64,000 nucleotides of DNA, from the NCBI RefSeq assembly GCF_009914755.1, contig NC_060940.1; one strand, given 5' to 3'. This document shows, in pieces, positions 10,922 through 25,515 of the stretch. The stretch comes from the human T2T-CHM13v2.0 reference genome, Homo sapiens. The first letter of the stretch is position 1; every line of letters begins with the position of its first letter. The translations under genes and the position numbers were made by a program. A model generated the notes under the pieces. That model saw only the letters and a list, made by a program, of their open reading frames with translations. It did no database searches and had not been told where the DNA came from.

Positions 10922-10988
10922 CTGCAGGCAGAAGGGATGGTGAGGGGGCGCAACCCTCTGCCCTGTCAGCCCCACTTCTGCCTGCAGG
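10922..10988 (-). ncRNA. miR-6511 family hairpin (tailed mirtron ending at the intron 17 acceptor)
   Basis: CTGCAGGCAGAAGTGGGGCTGACA...CCTCACCATCCCTTCTGCCTGCAG; terminal stem CTGCAGGCAGAAG/CTTCTGCCTGCAG is directly visible. Confidence 0.8.
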
Positions 10989-11048
10989 CCCCGTCCCCTC
11001 GGCCATGGGACCCATCCCCAGCCCGCCCACACCCCGCTCAACACTCAC

Positions 11049-11192
11049 CCCTCGCTTGGAGCCGCTGCTGCAATTGAGGCAGCGGCCCTCCAGGTACACG
11101 TAGGAGCTGCGGCTCACTTCGTACACGGCCTGTGCCTTGCAGGACACACACTCCAAGGACACAATGGGCACCCGGCCACTGCGGATCAGCAC
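11049..11192 (-). pseudogene. PKD1P6: Exon 17 (144 nt)
   Basis: VLIRSGRVPIVSLECVSC...SSGSKRG; cag|...|gtgagt. Confidence 0.95.
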
Positions 11193-12126
11193 CTGGCGTG
11201 GGAGTGGGGTTACCTCCAACACAGGTCTATTTGGCCTGCTGGAAGGTTTGGGGGACCCGTGGAGGATGCTGCTCCCAAACTCCAGGTTTCCCAGGGGCCT
11301 GGCCACTGCCGGTGAGCTCACCCCCTCCCAGGATACTCATCCGGTTTGCCACCTTCCAACCTGGGCGGCGGAAGGGCATACACAGGGCAGAGGACACTGG
11401 GGTGTGCGTTCTGGTGTACTGGAGCCAGCTGGACCCTGACAGGAGGCAGGCAATGCTCACTGAGGGCCCCTGGGGGGATGCGTGTGGGAACAGACGTATG
11501 TGTGGGTGTGAGGACCGCAGTTGCCACGTAGGCCTGACTCACAGACTCCTGCAGCCCTTAGCCAGGGCCTGGGTCAGGAGGCTGAGCCGGGATGGAACCT
11601 GCTCCCACACCCTCCCCTCAGACGACCCCTCTGGGCAGACCCCCAATCAGGCCCGTTGAGGAAAGCAGGGACTGGGGAACAGACACCCACTCTGGGGCAC
11701 CAGCAGGCCCCGCCTGACAGCAGCAGGAGCAGCCACCACGGGCTCAGGGTCACCAAGCCTCCTGGCCGGTCCAGAGTGGGGAGCGTGAGGGTGAGAACCG
11801 GCCCACCACATCCAGCAACAGGGACATGGGCTGGGGACAGTGGCTGCCTCTGGGGTGGGAAGGGGCTCTTCCTCACTGTTGGTATTGCTGGGGGACTGTG
11901 TAGCTTTTGTCACTAGAGCATATGTGGCTTGAAGACTGTATGTGGAACTGTGGCAGGTTTGGAAGGAAGCAAAGCTGAAGCAGGCTGTCGTGTTACGTAG
12001 AATTTGCATCAGAAACAGAGAGGGAAGAGCGCGCGGCCTCCACCAGCACTAAAACACGGAAAACAGTAGATGAGCAGGGAGGTTGGGCTGTCCAAGGCAA
12101 GTGGCCGAGGGGCGGGCGGCACCCAC

Positions 12127-12276
12127 CGTCTGGTTGGTGGCCTCCTCCTTGCGGCCGGCCTTCCACACGGTGAGGCTGAAGGTGTACTCCACGCCAGCCG
12201 CCAGCCGTTCCCGTGGAATGGTGACCGTGCTGCTCCCGCGGGGCCCAAAGTTCAGCGCACACCCGCCAGCCTCCCT
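12127..12276 (-). pseudogene. PKD1P6: Exon 16 (150 nt, REJ)
   Basis: REAGGCALNFGPRGSS...EEATNQT; cag|...|gtgggt. Confidence 0.95.
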
Positions 12277-12495
12277 CTGCAGGCCGAGAACAAGGGGCGA
12301 CGTGGCCCGAGAACCCCATCCAGTTTTAAAGCAGAGCCCGGCCCAGGAGACAGCGCGGGAGACCCCCTCCCCATGCTGGGACGGGGCCCACCAGGCACTG
12401 AGGACGGGCCAGCCCTGGTGGCAAGCTGGGTGTTCTCTGGGCTCATGGGTGTGGACGGGTGAGGGGCATGGAGGACGGCCCTGCCACGCACTGAC

Positions 12496-12978
12496 CTGTG
12501 TCGAAGCCACACAGGCCCACTGGAAACTGAGCGGCGTCTGGTCGCCATCCTCCAGGTTGGGGTCGTAGGACTCGCTCCCATCCAGCACCAGGTCCTGTGT
12601 GTCTGACCACACGCGGTATGAGCCACCCTCAGTGATGGGCACCAGGCGCTCAGGGGCCACCGTCACATTGGCCTGGATGCTCCGTGCCAGTGGCGTGTCC
12701 CCAAATGACACGACAAACACAAAGCAGTAGTGCCCCACAGGCAGCGCCAGCCGCGGCAGCACCAGCTGAGGCCGGCTCACGTCCACGCCGGGCAGGGCCA
12801 CACGCGCCGGGCACCCCGGCTGGTGGGCCCGAGCCAGATGCAGTGCTCGGCTGTGGCTGGGTGTGGCTCCCCGGGCAGCCAGTTCTGGCAGCTCTCCAGG
12901 CTGAAGGCCTCGCCCTGCGGCGCTGGGCCCACCTCCACCCGCTGCACAGTCGAGAAGCCGATCCACACGTCTAGGCTC
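12496..12978 (-). pseudogene. PKD1P6: Chimeric exon 7/15 (483 nt; junction ~12821)
   Basis: Exon 7 peptide WIGFSTVQ...EHCIWLGPT runs straight into exon 15 sequence (ARVALPGVDVSRP...WACVASTQ in another frame); exon 7 acceptor and exon 15 donor gtcagt both intact. Confidence 0.93.
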
Positions 12979-13413
12979 CTGGGGGCGGGTGTGGGATGCC
13001 AGGGGGCTCAGGGCACTCCTCCATCCTCCCACCCTCACAGCAGCCCGCTGGGAGCCCCATCACTGTCCCCCTTTCCAGATGGGGAAACTGAGGCTCAGAG
13101 CCTGGAGAGCAGGGCCCACCACCCCAGGCTCACAGCAGCACCCACCCACGGGGCCTGTGGGCACCGGCAGGGATCCCCGCGCAGGCCACCTCCCGTATGG
13201 CGTGCCCAGGAGTGTCCGGAGGCTGCCCCCAGCTCGCGTCCACCTCTGCATCTGCAGAGCTGACAGGAACGGCCCCACCGGCCGGCGCCACCTGCTCACC
13301 AGGGCCGGCCCAGCTCCCACCTCCCTCCTCCTGAGACTCCCCAGCCGCAGGCTCTGCCCCACTGCTTCAGAGATCTCCCAACCTATGGCCCCTCGGGGGG
13401 TGGGGGCAGGCAC

Positions 13414-13597
13414 CTGGTGACCCGGGAGACCAGGAAGCGCTGCACGGCGGGACTGTCCACCATTGCCAGGGCGGCCCCGGCCCAGGCCCGACACTGCTCC
13501 TGCGCCTGCAGCCAGGCCGCCTTCTCCACCACCAGGCGGTAGCAGTGCCCGTTGCCAGAGAAGATCTCCGTGTCCGAGGGGCAGAGCGGGTGCACCG
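13414..13597 (-). pseudogene. PKD1P6: Exon 6 (184 nt, C-type lectin N-half)
   Basis: VHPLCPSDTEIFSGNGHCYRLVVEKAAW...SRVTR; cag|...|gtgcct. Confidence 0.95.
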
Positions 13598-13715
13598 CTG
13601 GAGACCGGTGGGAATGAGGGTGTCAACGGTCAGTGTGGGCCCAAGACGGGGGTACCAGGCTCTGCCCCATCTGGATGGCCCTGGGGAGGAAGGGGAGTGG
13701 GCAGCAGACACTCAC

Positions 13716-14387
13716 CTCGGGCCGGCTCCTCGCCCAGGGCCACGATGCTGTAGGCAGCCTCCAGGCCTGAACCACCGCGGTTCTGGATGCTGAGGTCGAG
13801 GCTCTCGTCACTCTGCACCGAGGACGGGCACACGAGCTCCAGGGCGGCAGGTGCCGCTTCCACCTGCACGTCTGTCCCCAGCAGGGCTGAGCCGGCCCCC
13901 AGGGCCAGCACGGCCGTCACGTGATAGCGCCCAGGCAGCACATAGCGATGCGAGGCAGCCGGCCCAGCGGCATCCACCTCGGGGGAGCCGTCTCCGAAGT
14001 CCCAGCGTGTGGCAGTGACAGGGAGCGGGGCAGCGATGTGGAAGGCTGCTAGCTGGCCGGAGGCCAGGGGTCCGTGGGGCCCCACCAGGGGGGCCCCTGG
14101 GGAGGCAGGGAAGACGTGCTGGAGGAGGGTGGGGCCCCTACAGGTGGGGGCAGGAGGCGGCGGGGGGCCGGAGCAGAGGGACAGGCAGGCGAAGGAGGCA
14201 CTAGAGGGCTGGGCCGCCCCACACAGGCACCAGCCCTGCTCCGAGAGGGCTGCGAGGCCCTGGCCGGTGGAGAAGCAGAAGGCGCTGCAGGCCTCTGGCT
14301 GAAGCAGGCCTTCGTGGGCAGCTGAAAAGGACACTGCTGCCACGGTGCCTGAGCTGTTGTCAGGGAGGCAGGCGACATACTCCTCAC
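13716..14387 (-). pseudogene. PKD1P6: Exon 5 (672 nt, WSC and PKD domain I)
   Basis: EEYVACLPDNSSG...WDFGDGS...EEPAR; tag|...|gtgagt. Confidence 0.95.
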
Positions 14388-14600
14388 CTAGAAGAGGCAG
14401 CCACTGGACCCCGGGTTCTGCTCCTCCTGGCTCCACCCCACACACCCCCATCCGCCCGCCGCACTCACAGGCTCCCATGCTGTTCCCTTGGCCCGGAGCC
14501 CCCCCCCAGAGAGGCCTTCCTGAGCCCTGCCCAGTGTCTGCAGGGCCCAGGTCCCACCTGGCTGGGAAGGACAGAGCTGGCCCCACCCACCGGCACTCAC

Positions 14601-14770
14601 CACAGCCACTGTCCAGCAAGGGGATGCCAAGCAGAGGCTGGCCAGCCAGGGAGTCAGGCCCAGCACACGTGGCTGCCTCGGGCTGCACCACCCGCACCTG
14701 CTGCTCCTCCGCCCATCGCGGCAGCCACGCCAGGCCACAGTCACACTCAAACGGGTTCCCACTCAGGTTT
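14601..14770 (-). pseudogene. PKD1P6: Exon 4 (170 nt, LRR-CT)
   Basis: NLSGNPFECDCGLAWLPRW...LLDSGC; cag|...|gtgagt. Confidence 0.95.
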
Positions 14771-15038
14771 CTGCGGGGCAGGGGCAGGTGTTGGGGACCA
14801 GGTCTGGTGGGAAGGGTCTATGCCAGCCCCCCACTGGCAACCAGGCCCTGGAGCCACCCTGACAGCACTGCCTCCCCTGCCCCAACCAAGCCGGCACTGG
14901 GGGGCTCCAAGCAGGTAGTGAACTGCCCCCAGGATCTGGTCTCAAGCCTGGAAGGGGACACAGACCAACTGGGAGGGCAGAAGGGATACTGGGGGCCTGG
15001 GGTCCAGCCAGGACCCCACCCAAAGAACCACAACTTAC

Positions 15039-15110
15039 ATTTCACTTAAATTAAATAAATTAGCAAATATTCCTTCTTCTAACGTAGAAATCTTGTTGTT
15101 GCTTATATCC
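15039..15110 (-). pseudogene. PKD1P6: Exon 3 (72 nt, LRR2)
   Basis: DISNNKISTLEEGIFANLFNLSE; cag|...|gtaagt. Confidence 0.95.
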
Positions 15111-15231
15111 CTGGAAGAGAGGGGGGATTCGGCAAAGCTGACGGAAGCCCCCACAGCTGAGCAGCAAGAGGCGGTGCCGCCAGCCCACCCGGAGTGAGCC
15201 CCGCATGCTGGCACGACTGGGGGACACTCAC

Positions 15232-15303
15232 AGCTCTGCCAGCGCCGAGAGGTTCGCCAGGAGCCCAACGTCCAGCGCCCGGAGCAGGTTGTGGGAGACG
15301 TCT
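15232..15303 (-). pseudogene. PKD1P6: Exon 2 (72 nt, LRR1)
   Basis: DVSHNLLRALDVGLLANLSALAEL; cag|...|gtgagt. Confidence 0.95.
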
Positions 15304-15856
15304 CTGAGGAGTGAATGGCCGTGGGTCAGGGCCAGAGCCCTTAGTAGGCCAGAGGCCATCCCTGGGCCCATCCCACACATTGCCAGCATCCCCAAGCTAT
15401 GGCCTCCCACCCTTGAGCTCCCCACTCCCAGAGGTCAGGAGGGGCCTTTCTGATGGAAGACCCAAATGAACACTCATCTGGGGAAACCAAGCCAGGAGAG
15501 GCCTGGGGGCCTCAGCCCTCTGCACCCATCTCAGCCCTATGCCGAGTGCCACCTGGACCTGTCCACCCAGGGCCAGGAAGGGCACGGACCCCCAACCCAT
15601 CCCACGCAGGGCCAAGGCCCCCCATCCCCTGTCCACAGTCCCCCACAGAGCCAAGGTCTCCCAACCCTGTCCACAGCCCCCACACAGACTCGAGGGGCCC
15701 CCATCTCCTGTTCTGAACCCAACAGGGTGGTCCCACTGTGGGACCACAACCAGGTATGACTGTGTGAGAAGCAGGCTCACTACCAGGCTACCAGGGAGCA
15801 CAGGGGAGCAGGCGCCACCTTGAGGCATAAACCCAGAGAAACAAGACCTCCAAGAC

Positions 15857-17390
<1,534 letters not shown>

Positions 17391-17861
17391 TTAAAAGAAG
17401 CACAATTGGTCACAGCCATGGGAAAGACATCCCATGTCAGCAGTCAGTGAAGAAAAGGCAACAGAAACCAAAGGGCGGCAGCATGTCTCTCTTTTCAGAG
17501 CTGCCCGAGTTACAAACCAGGTCCTGGAGCTGGTGATGTGGAGGTGAGAAGCCAGAGAGCTGGGGCAAACCGAGAACTCCACCTCCCCTCGGCCTCAAGC
17601 ACCTCGGGGGTCACCCTGCCGCCCACCCTGGGCACCCCTCCTGGTCCCACGCACTCCCAGTAGTGCTCCTGGCACAGGGACTGTGGCTCCGCAGGTCTGC
17701 ACACCACCCCCCTGCTCCCCAGGACCCCGAGACCTCACCTCCTGCCACGGGCCTCTACTTCCCCAGGTGTCACCCTCCCCACGAGTGACCCAGCAGGTGC
17801 CTCTGCCTAGACTTGCTCTTCCCAGCAATGACCACCCGGCAGCCAGGCCCAAGCCGGGGTG

Positions 17862-18025
17862 GCCTCCATCCCTGAGCACCCGCCCAGCCCCTACCGGCCT
17901 CCATCCCTGAGCACCCGCCCAGCCCCTGCCAGTCCCTGCCACCCTCCATCCCTGAGCACCCGCCCAGCCCCTGCCGGCCTCCAGCCCTGAGCACCCGCCC
18001 AGCCCTGCCAGCCTCCAGCCAGCCC
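17862..18025. repeat. ~35-45-bp C-rich minisatellite, ~4 copies
   Basis: cctccatccctgagcacccgcccagcccct repeated. Confidence 0.85.
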
Positions 18026-21000
18026 TGCTCCTCCCACCGGAGCTCCGCTCCCGCAGCAGCCTACCCGGCGCAGGAGAGACGCACACACAGGCTGCCTGGT
18101 GGGGCCCGGGGCCAGGGCAAGGGCTTGAAAAGGGAACCAACAAAGAAGGGGACCAGAGGCCACCCCAGCTGAGGGGACAGAGCAGCCGAGGCCTTCTCCG
18201 TGCCAGGAAGCAGCCCCAGCCACGGACGGTGGAGCCGAGCCCTCACCTGGGCTGGGCGCCCAGACAGATGAGACGCTGGGCACTGGCTCCCGGAGCTTCT
18301 CGTTCCATCTGCGGATGGAGGGCACGGTTGGGGGTGCAGTTCCCTTCCCCCAGGGGCTGTGGGACACTCAGAGAGCCTATGCCTGTGCCCTGGGCTCCGG
18401 GAGGGGAGAGGATCTGGGGGCCAGGCACACAGGGAACGGCCCCTCCGGCAGGGCCACCGCTTCCCCCCTAACTGAACCCTGCTTCTCTGCCGTCCCCTCC
18501 TCTACACCAAGGTAGGGACACAGGCTGAGGTGCTCCCCACTGCCCATAAGGATGGGTGGGCCCACAGCCACGCTGCTAGGCATCCACACCATCCCCGCCG
18601 TGGGGTGGGACAGGGTGGCGGCTGGGAGACCAGCAAGAGGCCATTCACGAGACAGGGTGAGGCAGCTGGACTCACACCCGCTGCCCAAGCACCATGCCCG
18701 AGGGGGAACACTGTGCTGTAAGGAACTGCAGTTAGACCTGAGGAGGGACTTTTCAGCGGCTGCGGCGGCAGCAGAACCAATGCTTTAGGGAGAATGAGGC
18801 ACCAGGACCTGAGGCGCAGCAGCCCTAAGGGGCGAGAGGTGCTGCAGAGGCCACGGTGAACACAGGCAGGCCCCCTGGAAGGGACACAGCTGTGAAACTG
18901 CCCCGGGGAGGGGCACAGGCATGGGGAGCAGCTCCCACCCAGGCCACGGGAGAAAGGAAAGAAGGAAAAGCCTGAAGATGTTTGGCCACACCTCATTTTC
19001 TGGAAAATCCATCAAGAGTGGCTGCTGCTGGGAGCTGACAAGCCAGGGCAGGGGTGGGGGCAGGTCAGCCGAGGACCCCAGAGCCCCCCCGCTCCCCACC
19101 CATCCCACTGTGAACCAGGCCTGGGGGTGCCATGGACACTTCTTCCATGCCAGCAGGCAGCCCCGCCTGTCACCGGTTCTGGCCATGCACTCCCTGCGTG
19201 CCAGGCTCCAGGCTGGCTCCTTCTCCCGGCCCTCACCCCAGCCCAAGGCCCACAAATGCAGCAAGGTCTTGGGGACCCCGCTCGGCCGAGCTCCCAGGGC
19301 CCAGGGCAGTGGAATGAAGCTGGGGCCCAGACAGGAGCCAGGTGCAGTCCCCCAGCCCCCAGGGTGTGGAAGCGTCTGCCCTGGGTAGGACTCAGGTGCC
19401 CCCTGGGTGTGGAAGCATCTGCCCTGGGCAGGACTCAGGTGTGGGCTTCAGGGACAGGGACCAGTACAGGGATCCCCGTGGAGTCCTCACCCCGCTTGCT
19501 CCCGTACTTTTCCACGTCTGCATCTGCTTTTGCCATCGCCGTTCTGGGGGAACGCCAAGGCCTAGCCAGGCAGCCTCGCGCCAGCCCCCCCACCCCGCCC
19601 CTCGGGCTTCCTCTGCACCCGCCAGGTGACATCATCGCCGCTGTCTGATGCCCTGCCCCCACGTTCTGGTTCCCTGCAAGGATGGGGGACACAGCAGGGC
19701 CCAGGCATCTGGCAGCAGGACCACCGAGCGGCCCTAAGCCCAGGCAAGAGCACAGAGCAGAGTGCAGGGTCCTCTGGGGTCCCAAGCCCTTGCTGCCCCA
19801 CGCACTCCTCACCCCAGTTCCTGCTATAAGCTGGAAGGGTGGGAGCCAGGTGCACAGGGACAGCCTGATGGGTGCCCGAGGGCCAGGATGTGCTCCCAGG
19901 GAAGCTGAAGCCAAGCTTGTTGGGAGAAGTACACCCCCATGGGGGGCAGGACGGTGCCCCAGCCCCGGGACACAAGGGGCCCCCAGCGCCGAGCGTCCGA
20001 TCTGGAAGGCAGGAGGAGTTAGGACCATCCTAGCGTGGGACCCAGCGGGCTCCTTAGCGGCTGCTGGGGCACCACTGGGTGGAGAAGGAAGTCCCAGGTG
20101 TGTGGCCACAGTACGGGTCTTCACCCCTTCCCAGCACCCTTGCCAATCCTGGAGCAGGAGCAGCAACAGCAGAGGGTGTGGCCAGGCCTGGAGGCTGCCC
20201 CTCCACACCCCTGTCACAGGTGGGGCCACGTCCCAGGGCTGTGGGCAGCAGGGCCAGCCTGCCGGCCCGAGGTATCTGACACGTGTCTCATGCTGCAGCG
20301 GGTCTGCCCGCCACCCGGGCGTGTGAACCCCAGGTCGGGCCCCCTCGCCCTGGAGCCTCGGCCCCTCAGGGGTGTTCCCAGCCAGGCGCTGGCTCTCCTG
20401 CCCTCCCCCTGGGCTCTGCCCACAGTTGGCGCGAGGGTGGGTGAAGCCTGAGGCTGGCAGGGCCCGGGAAGTCTTGTGGCTGGGCCTTCTGCCCCACAGG
20501 CGCTCCTGGGCCGGGGGAGCCGGGGTCGGGGCGTGCAACAGTGGGACTGAGAACTTCCCTGGGTGTGGGGCAGCTCCCGGGGCCCTCCCAATCCACAACA
20601 GAGGGAATGGCCCCAGACAAACCAGACCTGCCTCAGAGCCTCACACTCAGAGCTGAGTGCCCCAGGCGCCCATTTCCCAGACCAGATGCTGAGTGGGGTC
20701 TGGGGGCCGGACGGAGCCCCCAAAGAAACATCTGCACATTCCAGACGCGTGTGGTCAGCGGCGGGCGTGTGCCAGGCCCGGCACCCCTGCCCGCGCTGGC
20801 CGCCTCACTGGAAACTGGGCTGGGGGGACCGGCTCGGAGGGGCCACCTGCGGAGCTTATGTAACCGCTCCTCCCTCGGCAGGGGCAGGACAGGACGCCAG
20901 ACCCAGGGAGGCCCCATGCCCCCTGCCAGGCCCCGTCCTCTCCTGGAGGAGCCGGTTCCCCTCCGCCCAGCAAGAGGACCCCCAGGCCCGTCCCTCCCGA

Positions 21001-23921
21001 GAGCAGGCCCAGGGTGAGGAAATGGGGTGCAGTGTGGGCGCTGGAGAGGACAGGGGACAGGCAGCAGTGCCACCCCCACTGTGGCCCCTTCCTCGCTGGG
21101 CCAGCCGAGCCATGACCTCTTCTGTTTCCCTCTGCGCTGTGCTCCTTTCTATTTAAGGAGAGTGAGGCGGCTTCCAGGGCCGGAAATGATCCTGTTTAAA
21201 TTAACAGGCTGCAGTTTGGGACGGTGCTCATTTGAAAAAAAACAGTGCAGCCCCGGGCTGGGCAGACGGCTGCTGGCTCCGCCTACCACTTCCATGGGGA
21301 GGGCCAGGGAGGCCGGCCACAACCCTGGCCCCACGAGGGGTGGGGGTTGCAGCCTCTGATAGAGGACGAGGCTGCCAGGCCCCAGGCAACAGAGCCCTGC
21401 ACGAGGTTCTCTGGGTCCCGGACACGGGGTGTGAGACTAGCCGGGGAGCCCCAGGCTCAGCGGCATTCTGTCCTTACAGATCCCTCCCATGGCTCAACTG
21501 TTCCCAGGATGAGACGCCGGGGGTGACATGGGCAGCCTCAGGTCCTCCCGGGACCCACAGGCAGGCACAGGGATGGAGACTCCGGCCTCGGAGGCTGAAC
21601 GAGGGAGATGAGAAAGGGGAGTCTGCGATGTCCTTGCCTACACGGATGGAAAAACACAGCCAGCTCAAAAAGGGCCGTTTGGAGACAAGCCCACCTGTGG
21701 GTGTAGGAAGGAGAGCGCTTCATACGTATGCCACCTGCCGCTGGGGTCGGGGCCACCCTTCCAGTTCAAGGGGAGAATGAGGGCCGGCTCCTGGTGCCCC
21801 TGCACACAGCTGACATGGAGCCAGGCGTTGTGACCCCCTTGCATCCCTCTCCACTCCCACCCTTCACAGCCTGGGTGGGCAGGTGCTGCACTGACCTTAT
21901 GCTCCTGATGGGCACAGAGGCTCAAGAGGCCCTCCTCCTCCCCCAACACCATCCCCCAAACACCTCCCCGGGCAGCCAGCAGGGTCCAGAGTGTCAATGG
22001 AGGAAGCCAAGGTAGGAAGAGGGTGGTGGGGGGGGCCAAGCAAACTGGCCATCTGCGCCCGGCTGTGCGGGCACAGCAGTGCCCTGGAGAGGGCAGCAGC
22101 ACAGATCCAGCGGGGCAGCCGGAATCCCATCACCCACTCGGCTGTGGGCACAGCCAATGATGGCACGAGCCATCCTGAGGCCAGGGCCACGATGCACAGT
22201 GGACGGGCTCACAACCCGGAGCCCCTGTACTCCCACAGCTGTGACGTTCCCTGGGCATGGGCTTGCCCCAGCGCTGGCCTCATTCCTGCCTCAACCAGAA
22301 GGAAGAGCTGGCTTCCGCCTCTGCCTGGGCACAAAGCCCTTTCCGAGGTGGCCTGACAGAAGCCAGCCTGTCTTCAGATCATGGCGCTGCTAAGGTCAGG
22401 AACGCCAGGCTGGGCCAGGGCTGGGCCTTGGGAGCTGCAGGGAGAAAAGGACCCAGCCCGCCTCAGCCCCAGATGTAGCCCTTCTCCTGCCACCAGTGCC
22501 TGGGCACCCCGGCCCCTAGGCGAGGACAGCTGCCAAGCCATGAAGAGCGAGGTGTTCTGGGAAAGGGCGTGAGCTGCATTTTCCAGCTGCGCTCACTCTG
22601 CAGGGAGACTGTGACGCCCCCGCCGCTGTGCCCGCAGACGTGCCCGGCCTCAGCCAGCTGGAGCGCAGGCAGCAGAGTGCAGGCCAGGCCCAGACGGCAG
22701 CGGGCTGTTTTCATTCCAGGGTGCTTGGCGGGCTGGGCTGCCGTGGCCACTGCAGAGCTCCAGAAAAGAACACGTGTGTCTCCCTCCAAAGTATGTTCCT
22801 CGCTGGAAAGCAGATCCCAGGCAGGGTCTCCCCCACGAGCAGGGGGAGAGGCACCCCAAGGTGGGGGAGCGAGGGCAGTGGCAGAACCACCCCATACCCT
22901 AGGGGACCCAGGGAGGGGCTTGCAGATGCGGGACCCACATTTGGCAGCGGTGCCCGGCCACTGTCACGAGATGGTGGCCAGCGCATCACCCACACGTGGG
23001 CCAGGATGGCAGAGGAGATCCACAGAGATGGCTCCAGCAGGAGGCCCTCACAGAGATGCCCTGGCCTCAGAAGAGCCAACAGAAAGCCGGGAAGGGGGAC
23101 GTCGAGGCTCAAGCTTGGCACAACCTCCCCAAAGCTCCCAAAGGCTCTTGGTGCCCACCAGCGACAGCGCACACCGCCACCACCTAACAGCAAGGATGCA
23201 GCAGGGTCCGCACGTCAGGGCGGGCACTGAGCGGAACTCAGGCAGTGCCACTCGCCAGCTTACGTCAAAAGAACAAAAGGAGTGAGGACGATACTCGCGG
23301 CTCTGCCAATACTTCCCAGCCCCGCACGTCTCACACACACCAGAACGCGTCAAAAGGCACCAATGGGCAAACACCCAGAGGTAGGCACAAGCAGGAGTAG
23401 GCCGGGTCTTGTGAGCCCCTACAGCCACGCGGCCCTGCGCTGAAGGCACCGAGGCTGGGTGCTGAGGGGTCCATAAGAGTCCACCCGCCCAGGCTGCACT
23501 GGCTCCCGTCGTCCAGTGTCCGGTCTAAGCACAGGCACAGTGTCTGGCTCTCACCCTCAGGCTGTTACACTCTGCTCTGTGGCAGGGCAGGTCTCACAGT
23601 GCATGGAGGACAGGGGAATGGGCCCCCGGAACCCCTGAGGGAACCGACAGAGCTACTTTAACAAGGTATGATTGTTGGGGCTGCCAGTGGCTGAGCCAGG
23701 TCACTGCTACACTGCCCTGCAGGGTGCATCTAATCATGGAGCCCACTTTACAGGTGAGGAAACTGAGGCTGAGAGACTGGACCAAGGTCACACCAGAAGT
23801 GGAGGCGCTGGGACGTGAACCCAAGTCTGACTCCAGGGCGCAAATTCCCTACATCTGGGTTCCCAGCCTCCTTCCTGAAACTGAACAGGAAACTACAGGG
23901 AAGGGACACAGCAGGGATGAG

Positions 23922-24031
23922 CCAGGGAGGGAGAGGTGGGAGGGGCTGGCAGGGAGGGAGAGGTGGGAGGGGCTGGCAGGGAGGGAGAGGTGGGAGGGGC
24001 TGGCAGGGAGGGAGAGGTGGGAGGGGCTGGC
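23922..24031. repeat. 27-bp G-rich minisatellite, 4 copies
   Basis: cagggagggagaggtgggaggggctgg x4 exact. Confidence 0.92.
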
Positions 24032-24296
24032 AGCACCCAAGCAGCTGCACCTGGGTGCAGGGCCCCTCAGCCCCTCGGGGAGTGCAAGCACATCCCAGCC
24101 CGACTCGGAAGCGCCACTGCCACCTCTGTCTGTCTATAAACCAGGGCACTAGTGTGGGCCCCAGGCACCCTGTGCGGCTGCAGGGGTCTGCCCCAGAGCA
24201 TGCTGATGAAATCATCACCACGGCTTCTCAGAGCCTCAATTTCCTGGTCTGTAAAATGAGACCAGGAGTGGCTGCAACCCTGCAGTGCCGTGATGA

Positions 24297-25515
<1,219 letters not shown>

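Noticed and set aside
11647-12009. 120-aa ORF MQILRNTTAC... as a coding exon
   Set aside because: Predicted splice sites put the segment in a stop-containing or shifted frame relative to exon 16; kept only as a poison-exon candidate
19356-19442. ~42-bp tandem duplication (a 30-bp one also at 30303-30355)
   Set aside because: Ordinary two-copy slippage events with no further structure
23922-24031. CRISPR-like or other prokaryotic system
   Set aside because: Repeats here and elsewhere are spacer-less tandem repeats in clearly primate DNA
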